DNA of 64,000 bases from IMG/VR virus record IMGVR_UViG_3300027896_000030; one strand, given 5' to 3'. A program made the translations under genes and the position numbers. Below the pieces are notes generated by a model. The model made no database searches, was not told the origin of the DNA, and was given only the letters and a program-made list of their open reading frames with translations. Below, in pieces: positions 29,078-38,839 of the stretch. How positions within the stretch are numbered: position 1 is the first letter of the stretch; each line of letters starts with the position of its first letter. The stretch is from an uncultured virus (IMG/VR IMGVR_UViG_3300027896_000030) (lineage: Duplodnaviria; Heunggongvirae; Uroviricota; Caudoviricetes).

Positions 29078-29473
29078 GGCCGTGTGGCGAAATGGCAGAC
29101 GCGACGGACTCGAATGGGTCGGCGTATTTGAAAAGATACGTTAGTAAGGTGTAAATTCGGTGAACGGTACGGTACAGTTAGGTACACTTGTTGTATCGAC
29201 TAAAGACTTCCCAACGCCGAGCGAAGCTTCCAGAGTAAATTAACTAAGGAAGAACGTGTAGAGACTATAATCACCTACCTAAAATGATAGAAGTAGCGTT
29301 ATAAAAGGAATCGAGTGATACTTGATCACCTGAGCGAAAATATCATTACGGTAAAGGCATAGTCCAGACCACAAACCAAAGTAGTGGCGAACGAAATGGG
29401 TAGTGAAAACTATAGTGGTAAGTAAAATCCGTCGAGATAATATCTCGTGTCGGTTCGACTCCGACCATGGCCA
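29078..29473 (+). tRNA. tRNA-Leu(UAA) split by an intron (exons 29078-29110 and 29423-29473)
   Basis: Acceptor GGCCGTG/CATGGCC, spliced anticodon arm ACGGA-CT^TAAAA-TCCGT, long variable arm GAGAT/ATCTC, T arm GTCGG-TTCGACT-CCGAC. Confidence 0.9.
29111..29422 (+). ncRNA. Group I intron (312 nt, no ORF)
   Basis: P1 GACTC/GGGTC with U-G at the splice site; P 29153 AAATTCGGTGAA, Q 29213 AACGCCGAGC, R 29258 GTAGAGACTA, S 29354 AAGGCATAGTCC; terminal G. Confidence 0.9.
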
Positions 29474-29495
29474 CACCACTTCAAAAGGAGTTGTT

Positions 29496-29777
29496 ATGAT
29501 GACTGCAAAAGAGATCACTGAAGATTGCATCAGACAGTTTAAGGAATATGGCGGAAAAAATTATTATCGGGGAATGTGCGCAACATTTCTTGAGAAAGCT
29601 GATTTTACCTTTGACTCAATCTGTGGTTTCTTTGGACATCCCGATGTTCAAACGTGGTCGAATGAGTTTATTATGGGTCAAACCATAATGATGATTGGTG
29701 ATAATCGTGATGTTCGGATTCATGATGTCACGATTGCTACACTTCGACACAAAAATGATTTTTCTGATCACGATTGA
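29496..29777 (+). CDS. Hypothetical protein
   Basis: AAGGAG RBS after the tRNA. Confidence 0.6.
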   Translation: MMTAKEITEDCIRQFKEYGGKNYYRGMCATFLEKADFTFDSICGFFGHPDVQTWSNEFIMGQTIMMIGDNRDVRIHDVTIATLRHKNDFSDHD

Positions 29778-29779
29778 AA

Positions 29780-30935
29780 ATGCTGAGCGAATAACTCAGA
29801 TAGTCACTAAGGTGTTGCGGGAATGTACTTAATGACGATAAGTTGTAAGGGTTTCCCGTTCTATTTACTGCATAAATTAAATATGGTAATCATGCCATTC
29901 ATCTAATCAGAACTAACAGGATTAGTAATTTATGCAGTTATTCTTTACTGAGTCTTAAAGCATCTTTCTAAGGTGCAAATAGTACTGTAAAAAGTATGTG
30001 AGTAATCATCACGACTCGGTTCTCAATCGCTATAGTTACTAGATGCATTAGGGTAGATAGTGGTAAACAACCCACAGCTAGTTATGGATTAGTAGTACTC
30101 GAGTAATTAATCCATAATTCTTAATAGCTAAAAACTGTATTATAGTCGTACAGTAGATCTTCAGTCAGAATTTCTGATTGATAATAAGTCGTCCCTATCT
30201 AGTAAACTTACCTTTTTCAATCACTCTAATTATAACTCAGTTCTAGAGAATAATTCTAGACTTGACTAAATAGAGTGGAGCTTGACTTGCTAGTTCTGCA
30301 GGATTAAGTACTTGAACTAGCTTATTTTACTTAATCACGATTAAAATTTACCTAGTTAGCACTGAAGGTTCGATGCCCTTACCGAATAGTTAATCGGCAG
30401 GTTGAACTAGGTATCCATCTTACCTACTCGTCAAGATGCATGTCAACTTGATAGAAGTCGCCTAGCGTCTTCGTAGAGTAGGTATCTATTTTATCATACT
30501 CGTATAGGTATTCAGGTGTCTACTGATGATAAAAGACGCCCGTGAACATGGTTGCTTGCAGAAGGCAAATCATCAGACCTCTTTAATGGGGTGCGCTAGT
30601 CTAACCCCACACTATTCGGGGCACTAGATTAGAATGGGTCCTGGCAATTCCCGTAAGTTATAAAAACCCGAAAAACGGCTTAAGCCAAAGACCAATTACG
30701 AGAGTCCATGTGAGGAAGCTACTATAATTTAACTTGAGGGTAAGTTAAATTGTGGTTGTGGACTATTCTGCAATTCTCACAATTTTTAGCCATGATGATT
30801 CAGGTGGATTGACGAGTACGTCAGAAAAATAGGATGAATTCAGTTAACTGATAAGTCCTACTACTGAATCAATAGTTTCAGAACCTAGCACGGGAAGCGA
30901 TGACCAGAGTGAAGTCGTGTAAGTGCTAGGTTAAT
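29780..30935 (+). ncRNA. Putative large structured non-coding RNA (~1.15 kb)
   Basis: No ORF of 60 aa or more in any frame; more than 12 stems closing multibranch domains, plus a 9 bp pseudoknot. Confidence 0.7.
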
Positions 30936-31018
30936 TTTTCAATTGATTAGTTATTGTAAGAATATTTTTTTTTGGTTGATTTTTTCTACTAATGAATAAA
31001 TTAAAAGGATAATATATC

Positions 31019-31345
31019 ATGAATACTTTTAAATTCTTATCAACATTTTTAACTGAGCAAGATATTTCTTATTCTAAAGCATCTGTTTCAAAAGAAGAAA
31101 ACGGAAAGAAAGAGCAAGAAACCAAAACAAATTTTAGTGGCAATATGGTTGGTCTAGCAGACAAGAAACATTTTACAGAAAAAGATGCAGATCCAAATGA
31201 GTTAGCTATGGGAATAGAAGTTGAAAAAGAACACACTGCAGATCCAACAATTTCGAAAAAGATTGCTTTAGACCATCTTGCAGAAATAAAAGATTACTAT
31301 TCTCGATTAGATAAGATGGAAAAAGAAGCTAAAGGTATAGAATAG
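31019..31345 (+). CDS. DUF5661-like phage protein
   Basis: ELAMGIEVEKEHT...IALDHLAE...YYSRL; class-2 motif at 30994. Confidence 0.65.
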   Translation: MNTFKFLSTFLTEQDISYSKASVSKEENGKKEQETKTNFSGNMVGLADKKHFTEKDADPNELAMGIEVEKEHTADPTISKKIALDHLAEIKDYYSRLDKMEKEAKGIE

Positions 31346-31386
31346 AATTTTATACCAAGGAATAAATATAAAAAGGAATTTTTAAT

Positions 31387-31800
31387 GTGTCTATCTCATT
31401 TAACAAAAATTTTTCATTAGCTTTTGTTTTTTCTAACGATTTAAGTAAAGTTTTGTTAGAAAATATTTGTGGAAAGTTAGATGGAATCTTACTCGAAAAT
31501 TCAAAGATTGGAATTACTGAATTAGAACTAGTAGCTAAAGTAAATAAAGAAACAGGATTAGAATTAGATCCATCTGAATTAAGAATAATAACATCGCTTC
31601 CAAATATGAATAAAGAATGGAATATTAATGTTTATATGACGATAACTGATTTTGATAAACTCAAACTTAAAGAAAATATTGTCATAGTAGAAACAAATAA
31701 ACTTGAAAATAATTGTCATCCAAATCTTAAATGGTTAATTCCATTATGTCTAGATGCAATGATATATGGATCTGTATTTAATCAAATATTAATGAAGTAA
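31387..31800 (+). CDS. Degenerate Nudix-fold-like protein
   Basis: LAFVFS...VLL...KVNKETGLEL resembles a decayed Nudix box. Confidence 0.4.
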   Translation: MSISFNKNFSLAFVFSNDLSKVLLENICGKLDGILLENSKIGITELELVAKVNKETGLELDPSELRIITSLPNMNKEWNINVYMTITDFDKLKLKENIVIVETNKLENNCHPNLKWLIPLCLDAMIYGSVFNQILMK

Positions 31801-31818
31801 ATCAAAAGGAGAAACGAA

Positions 31819-32412
31819 ATGTTAATTATAAACGAAAATCAAGAAGATGTAAATGTATTACATATTATTATTGGACAAGAAACCGATTTTCAATTCAATA
31901 TGTCTGGACAGTTAATCATGGATATTACAGAATATGTTAGTACATTTAAAGAGGGAAAGAGATGTATTGTAGTGTTAAATCAATGTAAATCTGAAGAAAA
32001 ATTAGTACAAGAATTACAAATAAAACAAGCACAGTATAAAGCTGCTGCAATTCTTGAACAATATGCAGAAGAAAATTTAAACAATAATACTAAAAAAGAA
32101 TCGAAGAAAGAAAAAACAAACGAAGATAAATCTAATGGAAATGGACTTAAATGTCCAAAATGTCATGCGCCAAATTCAGCTATTATTTTAAATGGAGAAG
32201 TTTATCCATGTGAAATTTGTAAAAAAATTGATGCGGGAATTAAAAGTGGTGTTGTACCGCCACCCCCAACCCCAGAAGAATTAAAAAAAATTAGAGCAGA
32301 AACAGAAAATGAAAATCCTCAACAAAAGAAATCTAGGGCTAGATTCATTAAGAAAATAACTGAACCAAAAAATAATAAGGAAAAATGCGATGGCAACAAC
32401 AATGACGTTTAA
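31819..32412 (+). CDS. Hypothetical protein with zinc ribbon
   Basis: CPKC...CEIC; AAGGAG RBS. Confidence 0.6.
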   Translation: MLIINENQEDVNVLHIIIGQETDFQFNMSGQLIMDITEYVSTFKEGKRCIVVLNQCKSEEKLVQELQIKQAQYKAAAILEQYAEENLNNNTKKESKKEKTNEDKSNGNGLKCPKCHAPNSAIILNGEVYPCEICKKIDAGIKSGVVPPPPTPEELKKIRAETENENPQQKKSRARFIKKITEPKNNKEKCDGNNNDV

Positions 32413-32581
32413 TGAAATTCCATTAGGACGAAAGTTTCGTGTTCCTACTGGTATTGTTTATCAAAAGATAAGTACACAACAAGCAAAACCAGTACAACAG
32501 GTTAATGGAACTGTTATATCTAATGGGTTACTTACAACTGGATTTTATAATTCAAAGCTGCAAATGACAGTAGTCAGTTAA
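32390..32581 (+). CDS. Hypothetical protein
   Basis: AAGGA RBS, 63 aa. Confidence 0.5.
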   Translation: MATTMTFNEIPLGRKFRVPTGIVYQKISTQQAKPVQQVNGTVISNGLLTTGFYNSKLQMTVVS

Positions 32582-32588
32582 GGGTATT

Positions 32589-33074
32589 ATGGATAAACAA
32601 ATAAAGTATGTAAATATATCATGGGATCAAATTGATAAGTATTGTAATAAAATTGCTGAAGATATTAAGAAATCAAAAATTGTGATTGATATAATTGTGG
32701 CTGTAGGTCGCGGAGGAATGATCCCAGCAAGAATTTTAAGTGACAGATTGAGTATTAGTGAAGTTCAATTATTTTCAATTAAATTGTATAAGGGAATTGG
32801 TTTAAGAAATAATAAACCGACGATGAGTGGTTTTTCAACAGATGTACAAAGTAAAAATATATTACTTGTGGATGATATTTTGGATTCTGGTACAACCATT
32901 GAAGCTGTTATAAATTATATGCAATCGAAAAGATCAACTAGTGTTAAGACTGCAACATTACTATGTAAAAAAAATAATAAACGAAAACCGACATTTTTTT
33001 CTGAGGAATGCGACGACGAAGAGTGGATCGTATTTCCTTGGGAAGCTCGTGAGAGTTTGTTACAACTAAAATGA
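32589..33074 (+). CDS. Type I phosphoribosyltransferase (purine PRT-like)
   Basis: RGG, LLVDDILDSGTT PRPP loop, WIVFPWE. Confidence 0.9.
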   Translation: MDKQIKYVNISWDQIDKYCNKIAEDIKKSKIVIDIIVAVGRGGMIPARILSDRLSISEVQLFSIKLYKGIGLRNNKPTMSGFSTDVQSKNILLVDDILDSGTTIEAVINYMQSKRSTSVKTATLLCKKNNKRKPTFFSEECDDEEWIVFPWEARESLLQLK

Positions 33075-33901
33075 ATAATGTAGAATACAATCTTGGTGAT
33101 ATCGATTTAATAAATCTTTCTAATTTATATACTTCTAACAAATGTGGTTGTGGTTGTGGACAATACGTAAAATATGGTAATACATATATACACAACCATC
33201 ATACAAAAAATAAACCCGGCAGAAAAGTTCCAGAAGAAGAAAAACAAAAATCATCTAATTATCATAAAAATAAATGGAAAGATATAGAATTTAGAAATAG
33301 AATAATATTTTCAATGAAACAAACACATAATCGATTAGATGTTAAATTAAAAAAATCAGAAATTTCAAAAAAACAATGGAATGATCCGGTTTTTTACAAT
33401 CAGATAATAATTAATCGAAATAAACCAGAAGCAAAGAAAAAAATTGTTGATATATGTATTTCTAAATATGGTGTCGATAATTATTCTAAAACACCGGCTG
33501 GTAGATTATTGCATAGGATATCATCTATTAAAAGAAGAAACGATCAATTATTTAATGATGAGCCACTAATACCATGTATTGGATCTCAAGAACGAGCATG
33601 TTTAAATGAACTTCAGCAACACACACAATATAATATTATTCGAAATGATTCTTCTTTTAGATATATTGTTGGTCGATTTCCAGATGGTCATATACTAGAA
33701 TCGAAATTGTTTATTCAATTTGATGAAAGATCTCATTTCAAAAATAATTCATGTACAACATATAAAGATGATGATATTAATTGTACTCTTGAACTCGCAT
33801 CTCTCGGTTATAAAGTTTTTAGAATTTCAGAAAAACAATGGAAAGAAAATAAAGATCAAGTTATAGAACAGTTTAAAACGTTAACAGGAGAAAACAAATG
33901 A
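33071..33901 (+). CDS. Homing endonuclease-like protein (Vsr-like nuclease)
   Basis: CGCGCG; FPDGHILESKLFIQFDERSHF; ATGA overlaps at both ends. Confidence 0.75.
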   Translation: MNNVEYNLGDIDLINLSNLYTSNKCGCGCGQYVKYGNTYIHNHHTKNKPGRKVPEEEKQKSSNYHKNKWKDIEFRNRIIFSMKQTHNRLDVKLKKSEISKKQWNDPVFYNQIIINRNKPEAKKKIVDICISKYGVDNYSKTPAGRLLHRISSIKRRNDQLFNDEPLIPCIGSQERACLNELQQHTQYNIIRNDSSFRYIVGRFPDGHILESKLFIQFDERSHFKNNSCTTYKDDDINCTLELASLGYKVFRISEKQWKENKDQVIEQFKTLTGENK

Positions 33902-34230
33902 ACTTCGAAGAATATCAAACCAGAGCACATGCAACATCTTTGAATACTAAAATTGGAGACAGTACAATTGTATATCCTATACTTGGTCTTGCTAATGAAG
34001 CAGGTGAAGTAGCTGGTAAGCTTAAAAAGCTTTTTAGAGATAAAGGTGGAATTGTTGATCAGGAATTTAAAGATATGATGATTGGCGAATTAGGAGATAC
34101 TTTTTGGTATCTATCCGAAACTTGTACACAATTAGGAATCTCATTAGAAAGTATTGCTGATTCTAATATTCAAAAATTAGAATCTCGTAAAGCGAGAAAT
34201 GTGATTAAAGGCAGTGGAGACAATCGTTAA
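33898..34230 (+). CDS. MazG-like nucleotide pyrophosphohydrolase
   Basis: GLANEAGEV...ELGD.FWY...NIQKLESR...GSGDNR. Confidence 0.9.
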   Translation: MNFEEYQTRAHATSLNTKIGDSTIVYPILGLANEAGEVAGKLKKLFRDKGGIVDQEFKDMMIGELGDTFWYLSETCTQLGISLESIADSNIQKLESRKARNVIKGSGDNR

Positions 34231-34442
34231 CTTTTTTTCTCATTAATTAACGTTGCGGTGTATGTTCTTTTTCCTTTATTAATATAACTGATTTTGAACA
34301 TACACTTATTAAATTTAAACACTACGCCTTCTAAGTGATCAAAAACATCATTTATCTCTTTTTCATTCACCAAGTCAAAACTTCCTAATTCTCCAAGATT
34401 AACTTTTGGAGTTTCATTATTCTTTGTTTCATTCTCATTCAT
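34227..34442 (-). CDS. Hypothetical protein
   Basis: ATGA overlap with the upstream ORF. Confidence 0.5.
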   Translation of the reverse strand: MNENETKNNETPKVNLGELGSFDLVNEKEINDVFDHLEGVVFKFNKCMFKISYINKGKRTYTATLINEKKS

Positions 34443-35104
34443 AATACTTTCCTATTTTTAGCTACGTATTTTACCCAGTCTTGTGACGACATCTGTTCTC
34501 TAACCGAACACTGAATGCATGTTACAACAGCATTTCCGTAATTATCAAAATGGTTTAATTTATATAGATGTTGGTGTGTTTTTTCAGCACCTCTTAAAAA
34601 ATGAAATTGTTGATCTTGTTGATCATTCTGAATATTTTTTAATATAGTTCTCTTATCTCCAATTTGTTTCTCTACTTCATCTCTTGTTTTAATTGTGGAA
34701 TTTAAAAGTTTAGATGATTCATTTGCAGTTATTGGTTCATTTATAGCTAGCTTAGCTAAACTTACTTTTTCCCATCTTTCTTTTCTTCTTTGTTCAGCTA
34801 TTGCAGCATTTTCTCTTTTAGCTTGTTCAATTTTTTCTGGAGTCCATTTAAGAGGTCTGCCTTGTGGTCGTTTAGATTCTTCAGGAGTTTTAGTTAAATT
34901 TGGTGGGATTACCGACTTAGGTATTGGATTAGATCTTTTTAATTTTTTAACATTACCATCTATTTCTTTTTTTTCTGCAGTTCGTGAATCAGAAATAGTT
35001 GTTTCAGCTGTTTCGCTTCCAAAAAATATTCTATTTAACTCAGATTCTGTTAAATCCTTATCAACTTGTGTTATTTCAATATTATTTTTCTCATCGGTAT
35101 TCAT
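34439..35104 (-). CDS. Hypothetical protein (GRP motif, C-terminal His/Cys)
   Basis: 221 aa, AAGGA RBS. Confidence 0.6.
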   Translation of the reverse strand: MNTDEKNNIEITQVDKDLTESELNRIFFGSETAETTISDSRTAEKKEIDGNVKKLKRSNPIPKSVIPPNLTKTPEESKRPQGRPLKWTPEKIEQAKRENAAIAEQRRKERWEKVSLAKLAINEPITANESSKLLNSTIKTRDEVEKQIGDKRTILKNIQNDQQDQQFHFLRGAEKTHQHLYKLNHFDNYGNAVVTCIQCSVREQMSSQDWVKYVAKNRKVL

Positions 35105-35204
35105 TTTAAATTCCTTTTACAAACTTGATATAAACAGAAAAAGGCACCTTGAGTAAATTTGCATTTACCCAAGGTGCCACAAGAAGGAGAGATTCTAATC
35201 AATA

Positions 35205-36068
35205 TTATATATGATTTCTTGTAACGATTAATTGCTGCAGAGTCTGAATATCATAAACAGTAGCTGAAGAAGCAGCTTGGATATCAGTTCTATAACTGGC
35301 TAGTTTTGAAGTTAGTACGCTATTAGCAGGAATTCCAGCTGCAATTAACTGAGCTGCTGTTACTGTATTTACAGTACCAACTAAAGCCAACACTAAATCA
35401 AGTGCCGCTTGAGCTGTTAAACTCGTAGTAACAGAATCACCCGGGAATGAAAGATAATTTTCACCAGTCATTGCTGCACCACCTGTTTTACCAGGCATAT
35501 CATTGATGATTCCGCTAACCTGAGCTTGATCAGCAGCTAGTGCAAGTACATCAGGTCCAACTAAGCCATCATCAGTAGAACTGGATGTAGCATTATTTCC
35601 ATAAACATTATCTTCATAAGGAATAAGCGGATCACCATTATAATCTTCGGTCTTAAATCCAGTTACATCACTGAATGTGCCGGGACTTGTGATTACAATA
35701 CCGTCGTCGGTTGTAGCCATAACTAGAGAAGGTCTTGCTTTAGGAGCAACATATCGCCAAGCTCCTGTTACTGGAGGAACTTGTGCGTATGTCGGATAAG
35801 TTACCCATGGTTCAACTTGATCGATTGCAGTAAAGCCGCGATGTGCCATTCTTAGCTTTTTGTTTTTGCTTAGACGAATGATATCATTTCCGGCTAATGC
35901 GCTAGCAGCAGCAATTACTACGCCAATCGCAGGTACTTCAGCAATATCATTTGGTTTAACAAAAGCTTGCATCTTGACTTTAGCTTCTGCGTTCAGCTCG
36001 GCTTGTGTTGGGGTTGACATTACAACCTGTTGCATGCCATTCATTTGGTCAATGTTCTGTGTGCTCAT
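35205..36068 (-). CDS. Putative virion structural protein
   Basis: Ala/Thr-rich 287 aa, class-2 motif at 36124, strong RBS, terminator-like hairpin downstream. Confidence 0.5.
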   Translation of the reverse strand: MSTQNIDQMNGMQQVVMSTPTQAELNAEAKVKMQAFVKPNDIAEVPAIGVVIAAASALAGNDIIRLSKNKKLRMAHRGFTAIDQVEPWVTYPTYAQVPPVTGAWRYVAPKARPSLVMATTDDGIVITSPGTFSDVTGFKTEDYNGDPLIPYEDNVYGNNATSSSTDDGLVGPDVLALAADQAQVSGIINDMPGKTGGAAMTGENYLSFPGDSVTTSLTAQAALDLVLALVGTVNTVTAAQLIAAGIPANSVLTSKLASYRTDIQAASSATVYDIQTLQQLIVTRNHI

Positions 36069-36256
36069 TTTTTTATCTCTCCTTGTTATATAATCTTTGA
36101 AAAATCATTTCTTCTCAGAAATTTTTTAATTTGTTCAGTATATTTTTGATATTAAGAGGTAGGTATTAAAGTTGTGAAATGAGAGCTTGTTCGTTTATTA
36201 AAATACTAAACTGGTGTAGTATCGATTATAATTTTTATAAAGATTTTAATTCATAA

Positions 36257-37438
36257 TTAAACATTTTCTAATTTTTGAACTAATTGTTTAAAATCGAATA
36301 TAACTTTTTCTTGATTTTCTTTCCATTGTTTTTCAGATATTCTAAAAACTGTATAATCAGGAATAGATTCTAAATCTTGTGTACATAAAATATCATCTTC
36401 TTTATATATAGTCATTTCTTTATCTTCGAAATGAAGTTTTTCATCGAATTGAATAAACAATTTTAATTCTGATACATGACCATCTGGAAATCTTCCAATA
36501 ATATATCTAAAAGAAGAATCGTTTCGAATAATTTTGTATTTTATATATTGTTGAAGTATATTTAAAAATAGTCGTTCTATAATACCAGTTCGAGGCATTG
36601 CTGGTTCATCATTAGCCAATTGATTATCTCTCATTCTGATACTATTGATTCTGTGTAATTTTTTCCCTTGTGGTGTTTTACTCCAGTTATCTTTACCAAA
36701 ATGATTTATACATGTATTTCTATGTGTCTCTTTAACTGATTCTGATTGTAATGGATATGAAACACCAAGATTCTTTATACATGTTTGTTTATGTTTTTCT
36801 TTAACTACTTCTGATTGCATTGGATTTGGAACACCAAATTTATTTATATTTATCTGTCTTATTTGTTCTTGAATTTCTTTTGATTTAAACGGATTATTAA
36901 CGCCAAGATTTTCTAAATTTGTTTGTTTGATTTGTTCTTGAATTGCTTTTGATTTAAACGGATTATTAACGCCAAGATTTTCTAAATTTGTTTGTTTGAT
37001 TTTTTCTTGTATTTCTTTACATTTTAAATTAGTTGTTTCACCAAATCGTTCTAAACATGTTTGCTTTCTTATTTTTTGAACCTCTTCTGATTGATTTGGA
37101 TAATCACAGTTCCAATTTTTTCTACTAGTTTCTATTTTTAGTTGTTTAATTTTTTCTGCTTGACTTGCATTTTCAACACCAAATCTATCTTTGCATGTTT
37201 GTATATACTTTTCTTTGACCGGTGGTGAATTGTTTGAACATTTTAACGAACAGTATTTAGAATAACCATTACTCATTCTGCCATAATTAGTAGTTTTTCC
37301 ACAACAACAAATTCCTTCATTTTCTTTCTTCAAAAATTGATCATAATAATCTTTACTTTTCATTTTATGAAAACGAGAAATATGACTAGATAAACTAATA
37401 TATCCGTTACATTCTTTACCACACATCTGACATTTCAT
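36257..37438 (-). CDS. Homing endonuclease-like protein (zinc finger, 23-aa repeats, Vsr-like nuclease)
   Basis: MKCQMCG...; FPDGHVSELKLFIQFDEKLHF; ATGA overlap with the Nudix stop codon. Confidence 0.75.
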   Translation of the reverse strand: MKCQMCGKECNGYISLSSHISRFHKMKSKDYYDQFLKKENEGICCCGKTTNYGRMSNGYSKYCSLKCSNNSPPVKEKYIQTCKDRFGVENASQAEKIKQLKIETSRKNWNCDYPNQSEEVQKIRKQTCLERFGETTNLKCKEIQEKIKQTNLENLGVNNPFKSKAIQEQIKQTNLENLGVNNPFKSKEIQEQIRQININKFGVPNPMQSEVVKEKHKQTCIKNLGVSYPLQSESVKETHRNTCINHFGKDNWSKTPQGKKLHRINSIRMRDNQLANDEPAMPRTGIIERLFLNILQQYIKYKIIRNDSSFRYIIGRFPDGHVSELKLFIQFDEKLHFEDKEMTIYKEDDILCTQDLESIPDYTVFRISEKQWKENQEKVIFDFKQLVQKLENV

Positions 37439-37902
37439 TTTAACTGACTTATTAATATTTCTTTTAGTTGCTTTAACATTGGAAGATTTTCTACTTCTTC
37501 TTCTTTTGAAACCCATTTAAATTCATTGTGTTCCGCGCGACCATCTGCACCAGCCCAAGTCGATGGTTTCAACTGAACATCAATGTTTTCTGTTTCACAT
37601 TTATAAATATGCATCACCGAATCAATACCGCGCTCTGGAATTTTTAATGCAACATCTTTAATTTTTGAAATTTTATCAATTTTGAGGTTAGTCTCTTCAA
37701 AAACTTCTCGGCGCAATGCAGATGTTTGATTTTCTCCGATTTCGATACCCCCACCTGAAAAATCCCAATTACCCGCACCGCCTTCACCTTCTTGTCTTCG
37801 CAAAATTAGAATTCTTTTCTCTGGACAAAATATAATCGCTTTTACACTATCTTTCTTTTCAAAAGATCTGTTCTCTTTTAAAAATGTATCAATGGTTTTC
37901 AT
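37435..37902 (-). CDS. Nudix hydrolase
   Basis: Nudix box GGGIEIGENQTSALRREVFEETNL. Confidence 0.9.
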   Translation of the reverse strand: MKTIDTFLKENRSFEKKDSVKAIIFCPEKRILILRRQEGEGGAGNWDFSGGGIEIGENQTSALRREVFEETNLKIDKISKIKDVALKIPERGIDSVMHIYKCETENIDVQLKPSTWAGADGRAEHNEFKWVSKEEEVENLPMLKQLKEILISQLK

Positions 37903-37904
37903 AG

Positions 37905-38426
37905 TTACCTCTTCATGAATTTGAGTATATCTTCAATCTCGTCTATTTCTTTAATCTTCACATTATTTAATTTATTCGATATACTATCAGATACGATTTT
38001 ATCTATGATATCTGGATGATAATTGTAATTTAAAATTAAAGCTATTTTAATCTGATCACTACTATAACCATGATCTCTAAAATTTTCAATTATTATTTTG
38101 CTATCTTTTAAGTTTTGATTATAGTAGTTTGATAATCCAATGATCTCACTTTTTTTACTTTTTAATGAGATTAACGATTTCATGTAACTAGAACTTATAT
38201 AATCAGATTCTAACACAAAAATATTTTTGAGCGGTATATTATAGATAGATTCAAGATCAAGTTCCTCCCAGTAAAAGATTCTTATTCCTGATCTGGCTTT
38301 AATTTTTTCAGATGCTATTACTAGATCAACGGAGTAATCGACGTGTGGAAAAATCGTCGATAGAAATTGATCATAAAATTCTTCCTGATCAATTATCTTT
38401 TTCTTTAGGTAACATAAGTTGATCAT
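37905..38426 (-). CDS. Hypothetical protein
   Basis: 173 aa within an operon. Confidence 0.55.
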   Translation of the reverse strand: MINLCYLKKKIIDQEEFYDQFLSTIFPHVDYSVDLVIASEKIKARSGIRIFYWEELDLESIYNIPLKNIFVLESDYISSSYMKSLISLKSKKSEIIGLSNYYNQNLKDSKIIIENFRDHGYSSDQIKIALILNYNYHPDIIDKIVSDSISNKLNNVKIKEIDEIEDILKFMKR

Positions 38427-38685
38427 TTGATTTGTTGGCTATTGTTTTCTTTACAGATAAAATTTCTTGAACTTTTGGATTTGCTTCCAATACTTTTTTA
38501 ATCATATCTTGAAAAGATAATTCTCTATCTGTGATACATATAATCGCAGCAATTAAAGCGTTTGTAAATTGTGGAAGCGTTTCAGATTTATTTAGAGCAG
38601 ATTGTAGAATAACATCTTCTTTTGCAAGAGTTGTGATAACTTCAAATAATTTCGGATCGATAATATTTTTAACTTGTGAATTCAT
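38389..38685 (-). CDS. Hypothetical protein
   Basis: 98 aa within an operon. Confidence 0.55.
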   Translation of the reverse strand: MNSQVKNIIDPKLFEVITTLAKEDVILQSALNKSETLPQFTNALIAAIICITDRELSFQDMIKKVLEANPKVQEILSVKKTIANKSNDQLMLPKEKDN

Positions 38686-38839
38686 TATTATTCCATTAAA
38701 ATTCGTGTGTTTTCAGATAAGCCAAATTTTCTTTTAATTTTTGCGTTGACTGGTTTCTCTATTTCACAAACTCCATTAGGACAATTTTCACACTTATTTT
38801 TCTTTTCTTCTTCAGTATTAATTTTCTTTTTCTTTGCTG

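Noticed and set aside
29780..30935. tmRNA, RNase P RNA or group II intron
   Set aside because: I could not find tRNA-like tmRNA ends, the GAGGAAAGUCC RNase P motif or a domain V hairpin; this is by eye only.
36850..37010. 69-bp-period DNA repeats (also ~17940-18130 and 22300-22600)
   Set aside because: They are coding repeats within proteins, not arrays of RNA units.
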